Shown: positions 8,802-18,649 of the stretch, piece by piece
How positions within the stretch are numbered: the first letter of the stretch is position 1
How the letters are laid out: every line of letters begins with the position of its first letter
Virus record (IMG/VR): IMGVR_UViG_2724679538_000010
Span: 1 to 31,998 of that record
From: a virus
Taxonomy: Duplodnaviria; Heunggongvirae; Uroviricota; Caudoviricetes
Strand: one strand, 5' to 3'
Length of the DNA: 31,998 nucleotides
Position numbers and translations under genes: made by a program
Notes under the pieces: model-generated
Database searches by the model: none
Told to the model about the DNA's origin: nothing
Seen by the model: only the letters and a program-made list of their open reading frames with translations

Positions 8802-10811
8802 TTACACCTGCGCAACGTTATACCATGTGCCATTGATGTACTTTTGTATCGGCCTGAAGATGGCTTCATCATCGCCATCTACTTCACCAATGATTCTTAA
8901 TCCGGTAATCGTGTGTCCGGCTTTTTCATAACGACCACCTCGCGCCATCAATTGAACAACTCGCGTACCCAGGCGAACATCTTTCACATAGCGGGAATCA
9001 AAATTCCCCCAATTGCTGGGTTGCATCTGACCATTAACAGCAAATATTACCGAGTTATCTGTATTTCGCTGGCTATAGAAATGCCATCCGGACTCATCGC
9101 CTAACTCTGCAACCACTGGACGGTTGGAAGCACCCCATAAATTAAAGGTAATATTCTTCGTGGATGTGTTAGAGCTGGATAGCGAGAACTTTTTACTATC
9201 CCCTGCCTGAATATTTTTAAAAGCAATAGCCACTCCATTCTGAAAACGGAATACACGCTGACTGTTAGCATAAACATCAAGAATACCGTCTCCATTCTGT
9301 TTAAATCCGGTATCATTATCACCAAGGACAATAGAGCTACCACCTAGTGCATTCGTCGTACCAACTCCAAGACAGCCATTAATGACGGCATTAACAAGAA
9401 TATTTAGTGCATCCCATTTCAGCTTCATCAGGTCTTTTGTTGTGGTACTCTGGCGGCTTCTCCATTTGAAATATTCATTGCCGTTATCCCCCGTTTCAAA
9501 CCACATGTATGAATCAGCGTCACCATCGGCATCATTTTTAAATCCAATCTTCGCCCAGTCAGTATTTCGAATCCAGGCAAGGATTGAGTCGTTTTCAAAA
9601 GTAATCCCGCCGGACAAGATATCGCCATTCTTTTGCACCGCGTTCCTGGCCCTGTTTACCGTTTCCTGCAAACCGAGATATTCGATAACGGCGGCAACGG
9701 TCGATTTAGCCAGAATATCCCGCCCGACTTTTGTCAGGGTCGCCAGGCTGGCAACATCATTCCCCGTAAAATACGGAAACCTGTCTGCCGCAGTAGCAAG
9801 CCCCGCCAGCGCCGTCAAAGTGGCATCTTTCGGTTGCTTACTCGCAAGCGCATTAGTCATGGTGGTAGCAAAATTCGGGTCATTGCCCAGCGCCGCCGCC
9901 AGCTCGTTCAGCGTATTCAGTGCGTCAGGCGACGAGTCTACAAGGGCGGCAATCGCGGCCATAACGAAAGCCGTGTTTGCGATCTGAGTATTATTCGTTC
10001 CCTGTCGCGCAGTTGGCGTCGTTGGCGTTCCGGTCAGTGCAGGGCTGTTTAATGGCGCTTTCTTGTTCGTTTCATCCATTACCGTCTTAACGGCTTTTGG
10101 TGTTGCGGCGAGCGTTTCAGACGTGCTGTTAGTCGCACTACTGAGCTGAACAAGGCCTTTTCGCGCGGTGGTGGCGTCCTGTGCAGTATATTTCCCGTTA
10201 GCAAGGTCATAGGCGGTCTTTACCGCTTTCGGCGTTGCAGCCAGTGTTTCAGACGTGCTGTTGGTCGCACTGCTTAACTGAGTAAAACCTTTTGCGATCA
10301 GCGAGGCGTCAGGGTGACGTCGTGACTGTTCATGTTCTGCAATTTTGTCATCAACGTAATCCTGCGTCGCCATCACCGTTGTGGTGTCAATGGTCAGCTC
10401 CACTGAGGCCACACTGCTGACGATGATGACCATGCGGCAGGTCTGCGAACGCCCTGAGCCTTCGGCAAGAGCTGGCTTATAACTTTCGGCCATGTTCGCC
10501 ACGGCAATTAACGTTCCCGCATCATCGTACAGGCCAAGCTCACGCATCCAGAAACCGCCCACCTCCGGCGGAATAACCAGCTCTGCGATAATATAATTAC
10601 TGTTTCGTTTGTCCTGACTGATTTTGTTCAGCGCATGTCGCCAGACTTCGTGGATAAGCCCGGTCTGTCCGGCATCCGGGACAGGCAATTTACCACCGCC
10701 ATCCCCGACGGCCATCGTGGTAATGTTGACCTTCCGCCCTCCCGGTGCGGTTGCCGCTGCAAGCTTTGCTGCACCGGCAGTGGTGATAACGGTTTTGAAT
10801 TTTGTGCTCAT
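8802..10811 (-). CDS. H: Tail fibre protein H
   Basis: 669-aa ORF, conserved N-terminus MSTKFKTVITTAGAAKLAAATAPGGRKVNITTMAVGDGGG typical of P2-family tail fibres; internal tandem repeat. Confidence 0.9.
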   Translation of the reverse strand: MSTKFKTVITTAGAAKLAAATAPGGRKVNITTMAVGDGGGKLPVPDAGQTGLIHEVWRHALNKISQDKRNSNYIIAELVIPPEVGGFWMRELGLYDDAGTLIAVANMAESYKPALAEGSGRSQTCRMVIIVSSVASVELTIDTTTVMATQDYVDDKIAEHEQSRRHPDASLIAKGFTQLSSATNSTSETLAATPKAVKTAYDLANGKYTAQDATTARKGLVQLSSATNSTSETLAATPKAVKTVMDETNKKAPLNSPALTGTPTTPTARQGTNNTQIANTAFVMAAIAALVDSSPDALNTLNELAAALGNDPNFATTMTNALASKQPKDATLTALAGLATAADRFPYFTGNDVASLATLTKVGRDILAKSTVAAVIEYLGLQETVNRARNAVQKNGDILSGGITFENDSILAWIRNTDWAKIGFKNDADGDADSYMWFETGDNGNEYFKWRSRQSTTTKDLMKLKWDALNILVNAVINGCLGVGTTNALGGSSIVLGDNDTGFKQNGDGILDVYANSQRVFRFQNGVAIAFKNIQAGDSKKFSLSSSNTSTKNITFNLWGASNRPVVAELGDESGWHFYSQRNTDNSVIFAVNGQMQPSNWGNFDSRYVKDVRLGTRVVQLMARGGRYEKAGHTITGLRIIGEVDGDDEAIFRPIQKYINGTWYNVAQV
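10082..10292. repeat. Imperfect tandem duplication of about 130 bp inside H, encoding the repeated peptide QLSSATNSTSETLAATPKAVKT
   Basis: Two near-identical blocks (gtttcagacgtgctgtt(a/g)gtcgcact...) visible in the sequence and in the H translation. Confidence 0.7.
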
Positions 10812-10821
10812 TATTCCTCAC

Positions 10822-11352
10822 TTATCCGGGGTAAACCGTAATTACATCGCCGTCGTAAGCCACACCACCGGCGAACAGGTAGCCGGGAATGTCCCGGGTA
10901 ATGTTCAGGCCAATAAGGTGGCGGCTTGCAGGTTTGGCATCAGCAATCAGCCGTTCCATTTCCTGATACATTGCCTCTGTGATGCCACTTTCCAGTACAC
11001 CAATATCGAGCCGGAAGGTGCCGGGCGGGTCACTGTTTTCCCACCACTCCGTCACGTTGATGAGATAGCCGAGCGGCTCCACCACACGCCGGATTGCGCC
11101 GATAGTGCCTTTATGACAGTGGATGAAATAGGCATCGCGGATAACGGCGCGTTTTGTCGCTTCCGGCCACTTTTCATCCCACCTGTCGACCGAAAACGCC
11201 CACGCCAGCCACGGCAGCAGATTTGCCGGACAGGTATCCGGGTTCCACAGATCACGAATACTGACCGGCGTTTTTTCAATTTCCGCACAGGCTTTTGCGG
11301 CGGCGACTTCAAGCGGTGATGAGCCGGTCGGCAGCAGTCGCGAATCACTCAT
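10822..11352 (-). CDS. I: Baseplate protein I
   Basis: 176-aa ORF; length and position match P2 I. Confidence 0.85.
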   Translation of the reverse strand: MSDSRLLPTGSSPLEVAAAKACAEIEKTPVSIRDLWNPDTCPANLLPWLAWAFSVDRWDEKWPEATKRAVIRDAYFIHCHKGTIGAIRRVVEPLGYLINVTEWWENSDPPGTFRLDIGVLESGITEAMYQEMERLIADAKPASRHLIGLNITRDIPGYLFAGGVAYDGDVITVYPG

Positions 11353-12253
11353 CCGAGCCTCCGGTCACGACGCGGTATTCGGTACAGAAAGACGCCTGCG
11401 TGCTGTTAAGCACGATATCGGCCAGCGGTGCAGCCAGTTCGACACGCTGCACGCCTTCCACATGCAAAGCGGCATAAATGGCAGACAGACGGATGTCGCG
11501 CCCAAGCCGGTGCTGTGCCGTGATGTACGCTTCCAGTTTTTTCACAGCAGCAGCGCGGATGGGTTCGCTTTCGGGACCAGGGTAAAGGTAAAGCGTGGCG
11601 TTTATCTGGTATTCAACGATGGCAGCAGACTGCACGGTCACGCGGTCGGCCACCGGCCTGACGTCCTCGCCATTAAGGGCGTTACGCACCACGGCCAGCA
11701 GGTCTTCGGATGCGACGCCGTTATTTTCACGTGACAGCACGGAGATAGTGACGCAGGCCGGAGACGGACTGGTGACAGAGATATCCGCGACACGCCCGTC
11801 AGCACTGCGACCATGATACTGATAGGCTCCCACCGACCCGGCGACGCTTAAGCCCTCAAACGCCTGCTGAATACGCAGACGATAATCGGTGTCAGACTCC
11901 ATCACTGCCGGTGTCGGCGGGATAGTCGAATCATCTGCCGGGGTGATAATCAGGCGCGTGGTGTTGTAATTGGCACCAATCACATCAAGGTCATTACCGG
12001 CGGCACAGGCCAGCATTACCGCCCGTGCGGCCTCATTCACACGCTGACGCCAGATAAGCTCACGATAAGCATTTTCCTCCAGCAGTTTGACGAGAGGCTC
12101 GGATTCCAGCGTCAGGGTACGGGCAACCGCCTCCTGCTGGTCTTCCGGGTAAAGGGAAATCAGTGTCGCCTTGCGTTCGGCAAGAATGGTTTCAAAGTCC
12201 AGCTCCTCGACCACATCCGGTGCGGGTAGCTGGTTCAGGTCGATAATCGGCAT
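11345..12253 (-). CDS. J: Baseplate assembly protein J
   Basis: 302-aa ORF; length and position match P2 J. Confidence 0.85.
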   Translation of the reverse strand: MPIIDLNQLPAPDVVEELDFETILAERKATLISLYPEDQQEAVARTLTLESEPLVKLLEENAYRELIWRQRVNEAARAVMLACAAGNDLDVIGANYNTTRLIITPADDSTIPPTPAVMESDTDYRLRIQQAFEGLSVAGSVGAYQYHGRSADGRVADISVTSPSPACVTISVLSRENNGVASEDLLAVVRNALNGEDVRPVADRVTVQSAAIVEYQINATLYLYPGPESEPIRAAAVKKLEAYITAQHRLGRDIRLSAIYAALHVEGVQRVELAAPLADIVLNSTQASFCTEYRVVTGGSDE

Positions 12254-12257
12254 GGTT

Positions 12258-12605
12258 TCAACTCACAGGGATGGTTAACGAAAGTGGCTGGCCGGTGTCG
12301 TTGTGCTGACCGGTTAACGTGACCGTCATTCGCCCGTCAAAACTGCGCGCCGTGGTGACGGATGACAGGGTGACGCGGGGTTCCCATTTCAGCACGGCCA
12401 TGTAACAGGCGACCTTAATCTGCAACTCAAGCGCCGGGGTCTGCGGCTGGTCAATCATTGACGCCAGCAACGAGCCGTAATCACGACGCATCACCCGTGA
12501 GCCGACCGGTGTGCGCAGGATATCGCCGATACTCTGGCTGATATGCTCAAGGTCAGTGACAGTCAGGCCATCACTGCGATTCATTCCGAGATAACGCGCT
12601 GTCAT
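12258..12605 (-). CDS. W: Baseplate protein W
   Basis: 115-aa ORF; length and position match P2 W. Confidence 0.85.
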   Translation of the reverse strand: MTARYLGMNRSDGLTVTDLEHISQSIGDILRTPVGSRVMRRDYGSLLASMIDQPQTPALELQIKVACYMAVLKWEPRVTLSSVTTARSFDGRMTVTLTGQHNDTGQPLSLTIPVS

Positions 12606-13237
12606 AGAGGGCTCCCGGTTGTGCCGCCGCTGTCGCCGGGGTGTTTATGGGTATGCAGTACCTTACCGTTTGATGAGAGTTCACCGCCGGTGTGTTCAAT
12701 GTTGCCGCGCATCGTCCCGCCCTTCTGCACTTCCAGCGTGCCGGTAATCAGCCTGTTGGTGCAGACCACCTCCGGTGTGTCCAGGGTGACGCGGGTTGAT
12801 GCTTTCACCATGACCACCGGCACCGTGGCAGTAACAGAATCAGAAGCCGTCACGCTGGCCGTTTTAATTCCGCTTACCGTAAGTGCACTGGTTTCGGGTT
12901 CATACTCAATCACCGCCCCGTCAGGGAAACGGATATGCAGGGCATCCGCCGACGCAGACGGCGCGGGGTTATCGCCGGAATAAATCCCCGGCAGAACAAA
13001 CGCCGTGTCAAGTTCACCGCCCACGGCCAGAATCAGCACCTGCTCCCCCACGGAAGGTGCCCACCATGTGCGCGAACGCCCGGCACGACAGGTCAGCCAC
13101 TGAAGCCAGTCGGTGCACATGCCGCCGGTCTGCACACGGCAGCGACCGGCTTTAAGGTTGGTTTCGACGACAAGGCCGGTACGAATCATGTTGCGCAGTG
13201 CGCGCGCGAGTTCCTGGATATTTGCGAGAGTGTTCAT
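12602..13237 (-). CDS. V: Baseplate spike/assembly protein V
   Basis: 211-aa ORF; length and position match P2 V. Confidence 0.85.
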   Translation of the reverse strand: MNTLANIQELARALRNMIRTGLVVETNLKAGRCRVQTGGMCTDWLQWLTCRAGRSRTWWAPSVGEQVLILAVGGELDTAFVLPGIYSGDNPAPSASADALHIRFPDGAVIEYEPETSALTVSGIKTASVTASDSVTATVPVVMVKASTRVTLDTPEVVCTNRLITGTLEVQKGGTMRGNIEHTGGELSSNGKVLHTHKHPGDSGGTTGSPL

Positions 13238-13303
13238 AACGGGAAGGATGCCGCCGGGTCATACCGGCGGCAATGTAACGATGAGGTGTCGGGAATGGCA
13301 CAA

Positions 13304-13756
13304 CTAACGGTCGAGGTGAGCCAGGATAATCTCTTCAATCATCTGCACATCCTCACCGGTAAAGCCGAGCAGAGGACGCGCCGGATAATCAATTTTCTTA
13401 CCGTCTTTCCGGTTTTCTTCCGAAAGACCGAACTGATGCACACTGGCGATTTTCGGTGACTTCCCGCCGTAAAACTCCATTGATGCCTGTTCCGGGCTGG
13501 CGCGGATATGCAAAAAACGACTGGTGATAAGTTTCGCAAACATTTTTCGCTTAACACGGCCAGTCTTTTTTCTGGCGCTCTGCTGCTGGCGTGGCGCGTA
13601 GGGTATGCCGTCCGGAGCTTTCTGTGCCATCACCCGACGCTGCTGACTCTGCCGCAGGCGTTTCGCCAGTTCGGCACTCAGTCGCCGACGCCCTGACGGT
13701 GACAGCGATTCAGTCAGTCCGGTCAGCCGGTCTTCAAAACGCTTAAACTCATTCAT
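13304..13756 (-). CDS. S: Tail completion protein S
   Basis: 150-aa ORF; length and position match P2 S. Confidence 0.8.
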   Translation of the reverse strand: MNEFKRFEDRLTGLTESLSPSGRRRLSAELAKRLRQSQQRRVMAQKAPDGIPYAPRQQQSARKKTGRVKRKMFAKLITSRFLHIRASPEQASMEFYGGKSPKIASVHQFGLSEENRKDGKKIDYPARPLLGFTGEDVQMIEEIILAHLDR

Positions 13757-14216
13757 CCCACTTGCTCACCAGTTCGCCATTGATATAAAGCTCCATCGGG
13801 CGGGTGACCGGCTCCGGCGGCAGAGGTTCCGGGATATTCTTCACATGCAGCGCGCCGTCCACCTCACTGACCAGCGTGCGCTCGGTCAGCATCAGGCTGA
13901 TGCTGATATCAAAGCTGCTGTCATTGTTGATGTCTGCATAAAACGTGAAGCCCTTTTTCTGGCCTTCGTCGGTGGTCATGATGTCGGGCTGATTTTCCCG
14001 CAGCCACGCCAGCACCGGCACGATGAGCAGGTCAAAATCACCGGTAAAGTCGGTCACAATGACATTGAGCGTGTAACGCTTTTCGAATGACAGCGACGTC
14101 GCCAGTGTGGAGGCAATACTCCCGTTATCCACGAATATCCGCAGCATATCGGGGTTAGTTTTCAGCACCGTGACGGCATCAGTCAGCGCCCTGCGCAGGC
14201 TGTCGGGTTTGAGCAT
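13749..14216 (-). CDS. R: Tail completion protein R
   Basis: 155-aa ORF; length and position match P2 R. Confidence 0.8.
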   Translation of the reverse strand: MLKPDSLRRALTDAVTVLKTNPDMLRIFVDNGSIASTLATSLSFEKRYTLNVIVTDFTGDFDLLIVPVLAWLRENQPDIMTTDEGQKKGFTFYADINNDSSFDISISLMLTERTLVSEVDGALHVKNIPEPLPPEPVTRPMELYINGELVSKWDE

Positions 14217-14469
14217 CGTTTTCGTCCTGACAGTGTTTAATCATTTTTACCTGGCTGGCACAGCGTGCCAGCGCGTTCTCAAGCTGCCGGATATCGGCAC
14301 TTAAATCGCCGTTCGTCTGCGGGTCACTGTCCGGCATCGGGCAAAGGCTCACTTTCGGGCAGGCGTTGGCGACAATCACTGGCGTCAGTGCAGGCGGGGC
14401 GCTGGTGCAACCGGCGCACAGCATCAGGCAGGTCAGCACCGTACCAGCGGCGAAAATCTTCGTTTTCAT
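14179..14469 (-). CDS. lysC: LysC, outer-membrane lipoprotein spanin (Rz1-like), beginning inside lysB in another frame
   Basis: Internal Met followed by signal peptide and lipobox MKTKIFAAGTVLTCLMLCAGC then Pro-rich region; SD-like GAGGT upstream; overlaps the lysB 3' end. Confidence 0.7.
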   Translation of the reverse strand: MKTKIFAAGTVLTCLMLCAGCTSAPPALTPVIVANACPKVSLCPMPDSDPQTNGDLSADIRQLENALARCASQVKMIKHCQDENDAQTRQPAQGAD

Positions 14470-14749
14470 TAAGTAACCTCGTGATGGTTTTCTCGCGCTG
14501 TGCTTCACGCTTCGCGGCGTTCTCCAGTTCCTGACGCAGTGCCACCTGCGCCAGCTCGTTTTTGTCTGCCCTGGTGAGGGCAACATGGAGCTGATTTTTC
14601 AGCACGGTGATGGTCGTCTGCTGTTCACTGGCGACGTTATTCGCCCTGTCCAGCGAGGCGCGCAGGCTGGCATTTTTGTGTTTCACCAGAAACAGACCAG
14701 TCACCGCCAGCGATAACAACACGACCAGCACAATCATCAGCTTTGACAT
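14324..14749 (-). CDS. lysB: LysB, inner-membrane spanin (Rz-like)
   Basis: 141-aa ORF with N-terminal transmembrane helix and coiled-coil body; position after lysA. Confidence 0.8.
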   Translation of the reverse strand: MSKLMIVLVVLLSLAVTGLFLVKHKNASLRASLDRANNVASEQQTTITVLKNQLHVALTRADKNELAQVALRQELENAAKREAQREKTITRLLNENEDFRRWYGADLPDAVRRLHQRPACTDASDCRQRLPESEPLPDAGQ

Positions 14750-15162
14750 AGTTCCCGCCCCTCAAGACGCTGACGACAGGCTTTACGTATCAGCCGGAAA
14801 AACAGCGATGCCTCGAGATAAATCAGTGCGGTAAAAATCCACCCGGCAGCGACCAGCGAGATAAACGTCGCCACCATCACCACCAGACCCACCGCCCGTC
14901 TGCACCACGTCACCGGCTGCAAAAACAGCGACGTGACAATCTTCACGGCCAGCGATTCCGGCGGCAGCTCCCGCCCGTAGCGTTCCAGTACATACTCAGT
15001 GGCATACACACCGACACCACCGGCAACCACACAGATAACCGTCGCCAGAATCGCCCAGGTGGCGACAAAACTGACGGCCACGCTCTGCGGGTAAATCAGG
15101 GACAGTGCCAGCATCAGCGCCAGCGACACATTCAGCATCAGTGAAAGGGATAATTTCTTCAT
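14737..15162 (-). CDS. lysA: LysA lysis-timing membrane protein
   Basis: 141-aa ORF with multiple hydrophobic helices between the endolysin and spanin genes. Confidence 0.75.
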   Translation of the reverse strand: MKKLSLSLMLNVSLALMLALSLIYPQSVAVSFVATWAILATVICVVAGGVGVYATEYVLERYGRELPPESLAVKIVTSLFLQPVTWCRRAVGLVVMVATFISLVAAGWIFTALIYLEASLFFRLIRKACRQRLEGRELCQS

Positions 15163-15176
15163 GGTGTTTACTCCGT

Positions 15177-15674
15177 TTAAGCCGGTACACCGCCAGCGGT
15201 ACGCCAGACGGTGACCAGTTTTTCCAGTGAATGCTCACGCTGACCGTAACCGGCACCCGGCAGGGACGCCCAGATATTGCGACAGCGTGAAATGGCGCGC
15301 TCAATGCGCCCCGCCCGGATGTCATCCAGTGCACCGCGTTCGCGGATCAACTGAATGGCAAGTCTGTCCTGTGACAGCGGACTGAAATCCGGCAGGGCAA
15401 GCTGTTTGCGGTAATGCGGCCAGAACAGGTAAAGCTGCTGATAGCGACCGGAGGCCGTGGATTTTTCACCGCGACGGTTAAACACCTTCGCCGGTCGGCC
15501 ATGCGCGAACGGGTGGTCACTGTAATCAGTGAAAATTTCCGGCTTCCCGTCCAGTCCGGTGACTATCACGTCATAGCCCCGGTTTTTCGTCAGCGGATGA
15601 TTCGCCGTCCCTTCGGACACGGCCAGCATGTCGAGAAAGGCGGCGATATTCTGATGCGTGTTAATTACCGGCAT
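15177..15674 (-). CDS. K: Endolysin (lysozyme) K
   Basis: 165-aa ORF; length and position match P2 K. Confidence 0.85.
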   Translation of the reverse strand: MPVINTHQNIAAFLDMLAVSEGTANHPLTKNRGYDVIVTGLDGKPEIFTDYSDHPFAHGRPAKVFNRRGEKSTASGRYQQLYLFWPHYRKQLALPDFSPLSQDRLAIQLIRERGALDDIRAGRIERAISRCRNIWASLPGAGYGQREHSLEKLVTVWRTAGGVPA

Positions 15675-15955
15675 TACTGTTTCCCCCTGCCCTTAAAGCG
15701 GCGCTGAATGGCAATCTCAATCACCTGATAACCGGCGATACCCAGCATGGAGCCGATGCCGCACACCGCAGGCAGTGACAGGTCAGGGAACTGCACCAGA
15801 ACAACACCGGCAACCATCGAGACAAAACCACCGAGCAACATGCGCCCGATAAAAAGACGCGGGGTGATGGGTTCACCACCGGCAAGCACCTTGCCGACAA
15901 CAATCAGCACCCCAATCATGAAAAGCGACAGGACGCTTTTTTCTTCTGCTGTCAT
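15674..15955 (-). CDS. Y: Holin Y
   Basis: 93-aa ORF with hydrophobic helices and charged C-terminus (RRFKGRGKQ), directly upstream of the endolysin. Confidence 0.85.
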   Translation of the reverse strand: MTAEEKSVLSLFMIGVLIVVGKVLAGGEPITPRLFIGRMLLGGFVSMVAGVVLVQFPDLSLPAVCGIGSMLGIAGYQVIEIAIQRRFKGRGKQ

Positions 15956-15958
15956 GCG

Positions 15959-16162
15959 TTACTCCCACAGATTGACAGTTTCAGCCACGGGCGCGGTCTG
16001 AACGTCGGGCAGTTCGACGGCGGTGCCGTGCGGCAGCACCGCCCCCAGTTCAGCCAGTCCCGGATTTGCGGCGAGCACGGTCTCAACCACGCCCTCAGTG
16101 CGCCCGTAATACCGGACACAAATGGCGTCGAGCGTGTCGCCCTGTAGCGCAAAGGTCTTCAT
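15959..16162 (-). CDS. X: Tail protein X
   Basis: 67 aa from internal Met MKTFALQGDTLDAICVRYYG...; start codon overlaps the L stop (ATGA). Confidence 0.8.
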   Translation of the reverse strand: MKTFALQGDTLDAICVRYYGRTEGVVETVLAANPGLAELGAVLPHGTAVELPDVQTAPVAETVNLWE

Positions 16163-16671
16163 CAGATTTGACTCACGATGCAGCGCGGCTTGTCCTGGAT
16201 GCGCGCCACTGCCCAGCGCATATCCCGCCACAGCTCATCAATGGTGCTGTCAATGCTGTCGGCCTTCTTGTCTCCTTTCGCACTGGCATCCACGCCGCGG
16301 TAACGCTCATAAAGCGACGCGGTCGCCATCGCACACACGGCGCGCTCGTAGTAAAAAACTTTGATACTTTCACCGTCGATGTCGTCCGCCGGAACGTCCG
16401 CCAGACGCGTAAAACCGGCGGCAATTTTCTGTTCGCGGTACTCGTACAGCTCCGCATTCGTTTCAGCCATGCCTGACTTGATGGCCTCACGCAGACGGGC
16501 GGGGGCGACGGTCTGCTCAAGGCGCATACGTTCCCGGACGCGCTTCGGGTCGATATCGGGAAAAAAGAACGTGTTTTTAATCACCGGCTCGTCGCCTGCC
16601 GGTTGCGGGATAACCACCGTACCCTCACCGGACACGGGAGCCTCCTTTCGCGGAATAATCAGCGTCATCAT
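16162..16671 (-). CDS. L: Head completion/stabilisation protein L
   Basis: 169 aa from MMTLIIPRKEAPVSGEG...; SD GAGGT upstream; the listed ORF extends 20 codons further upstream without support. Confidence 0.8.
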   Translation of the reverse strand: MMTLIIPRKEAPVSGEGTVVIPQPAGDEPVIKNTFFFPDIDPKRVRERMRLEQTVAPARLREAIKSGMAETNAELYEYREQKIAAGFTRLADVPADDIDGESIKVFYYERAVCAMATASLYERYRGVDASAKGDKKADSIDSTIDELWRDMRWAVARIQDKPRCIVSQI

Positions 16672-16770
16672 GACTACCTCTGAAAAGTCGGGCGGTGGAC
16701 GCCGGTACAGTGTCAGGTGATTCACTCTCACTGACCGGCGTGCCGCCCTGGCGCGGGGCGCATTCGGTTG

Positions 16771-17514
16771 TTAACTGGCTTTCTTTTTCGGGCGTCCACG
16801 TTTTGCCGGTGTCACGCTCCGGGTCTTACGCGGGGTACGGGTGGCCGCTTTTGGCTGCGGCTCCGGCTTCGGTTTCAGCTCCCGCTCCAGTCGTTCAATC
16901 TCTTTTTTGACGCCTGCCTGACAGTCGAGCTGTGTCGCACGTTGCAGGTGCGCCAGCGCACCGGCGGCATCACCATCGTCACGCAGAAACAGACCGGTGA
17001 TTTTGTGCAGCTTTGCGCGCACTTCATCAGGCATGTCAGCCGTGGCGGTCAGTTCGAGGGTCTCCGTCAGCAGGCGGGTATCCACAGACTCACCGGCAGC
17101 GTGAGCGCGCATGGCCGCAAGCGCCACCTCCTCGGTGAACATGTACGGCGGGGTACGGCGGTGTTTACCCGGCATGGTCAGACCGTACTTCAGGGCATAA
17201 CGGGCAATCTCCAGCGCACCGGCAATATCGCCGGTATCCAGACGCCACAGCATGACCGTCATCAGAATGTCATCCTGTGCACCTTTGCCCTGCTCCAGCA
17301 CGCCGTTCACCCACGGCAACCAGAACGGCAGCAGTTCGCGTTTTTTCGCGGCCTTCAGCTCTTTTGAATAAATCGCTTTCAGTGTGCGCTGGTCTGCGGC
17401 GAGCTTAACCAGCATCTGCTCATAGACAGTTGCATGTCGCAGCGGGGCGGCTTCCCGCTGCGCGGTCATCGCTGCCGAGACCCGCATCATGTGGCGCTGT
17501 GCGGGACTCGTCAT
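16771..17514 (-). CDS. M: Terminase small (endonuclease) subunit M
   Basis: 247-aa ORF with basic C-terminal tail; length and position match P2 M. Confidence 0.85.
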   Translation of the reverse strand: MTSPAQRHMMRVSAAMTAQREAAPLRHATVYEQMLVKLAADQRTLKAIYSKELKAAKKRELLPFWLPWVNGVLEQGKGAQDDILMTVMLWRLDTGDIAGALEIARYALKYGLTMPGKHRRTPPYMFTEEVALAAMRAHAAGESVDTRLLTETLELTATADMPDEVRAKLHKITGLFLRDDGDAAGALAHLQRATQLDCQAGVKKEIERLERELKPKPEPQPKAATRTPRKTRSVTPAKRGRPKKKAS

Positions 17515-17517
17515 CGG

Positions 17518-18591
17518 TTACGCTCCCGGCTCTGCGGTCGCTTTAGCCGGTGTGGAGAAATCACCGACCTTAATTTTTTCCACCAGACAACCGGCGGCGT
17601 AGTCTTCCACCACGTAATCAATGTTCATTGACTCGTAGTTCTCCACGCGGTCGAGTTTCGGGTTTTCCTCAATCACGCGGCGATGGCTGTCATCCATGTA
17701 GTAGATGGACAGGTTTTCCAGCTTTGTGATGAGCATCGCATCCGCCGGGAAGTACGGGACGCGTACCGCCGGCAGGTTACCGATGCGTTTCTGGCTGATG
17801 ATGACGTCAGCGGCCAGCATTTCGCTGTTGTCCTGCTCCTTGTTGACGATGGGGAAATACTTGTCCGCCAGTAGCTGACGCCCCACAATCACCACAAGGT
17901 CAGGGTCTTCCTGATACCACGGTTCAATCAGGTTGTTGGTCGCATCCATCACCAGCGCATCAAGGCTGGCATAATCACCGCCCTTACCCACGCGGATAAC
18001 CTCAGAGGTGGTGTGACCTTCCTCGTCAGTGACCTTGCTCATCACGCGCGCCGGGGCTTCATTGCGGTATTTCTGCAGCCAGCCGACCGCCACATCCTGC
18101 AGCATCGGGTTACTGCTGCGGTCAGAGGTTTCGGCACGCTTCACGCCGTTAAAACCGGCCATGATGAAATCAAGGGACTGGCGTTTGATAATGGCGTTAC
18201 GGACACGGAGCTGGAAATCCTGATAACGCGCCCACAGGTCCAGCGTTTTGTAGCGGATATAAAAATCGAAGTTAATCTGGTCGCATTCGTACTTGTTTGA
18301 CGCCAGCTTCGAGAAGTCCTTCGGCTGACGCTCGGTGCCACCGGCGGTGTCGGTGGTGCTGGCGATGGAGCCGGTGACACCAATACCAATTTTTTCCCCT
18401 TTCATTTCGCTGACCGGCACAATGTTGATGCGGGTCAGAAAGTCAGAGGACTCCTGCATGGTGTTCATCAGGGTCTGGGTGACCGACGGTTCAACGGTGA
18501 ATTTTTTCGACACATCACCGGCGTCGATGCCGTTCAGTTCGGCAACACGGGACAGGTAGGCATTAAATTTAAAGCGGGTTTCCTGGCGCAT
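17518..18591 (-). CDS. N: Major capsid protein N
   Basis: 357-aa ORF; length and position match P2 N. Confidence 0.9.
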   Translation of the reverse strand: MRQETRFKFNAYLSRVAELNGIDAGDVSKKFTVEPSVTQTLMNTMQESSDFLTRINIVPVSEMKGEKIGIGVTGSIASTTDTAGGTERQPKDFSKLASNKYECDQINFDFYIRYKTLDLWARYQDFQLRVRNAIIKRQSLDFIMAGFNGVKRAETSDRSSNPMLQDVAVGWLQKYRNEAPARVMSKVTDEEGHTTSEVIRVGKGGDYASLDALVMDATNNLIEPWYQEDPDLVVIVGRQLLADKYFPIVNKEQDNSEMLAADVIISQKRIGNLPAVRVPYFPADAMLITKLENLSIYYMDDSHRRVIEENPKLDRVENYESMNIDYVVEDYAAGCLVEKIKVGDFSTPAKATAEPGA

Positions 18592-18649
18592 AGTTTTTCC
18601 TGAAATTAAGGGTTAATCGTGAAGGTTTTCCCGGACTGACTGACACCGG

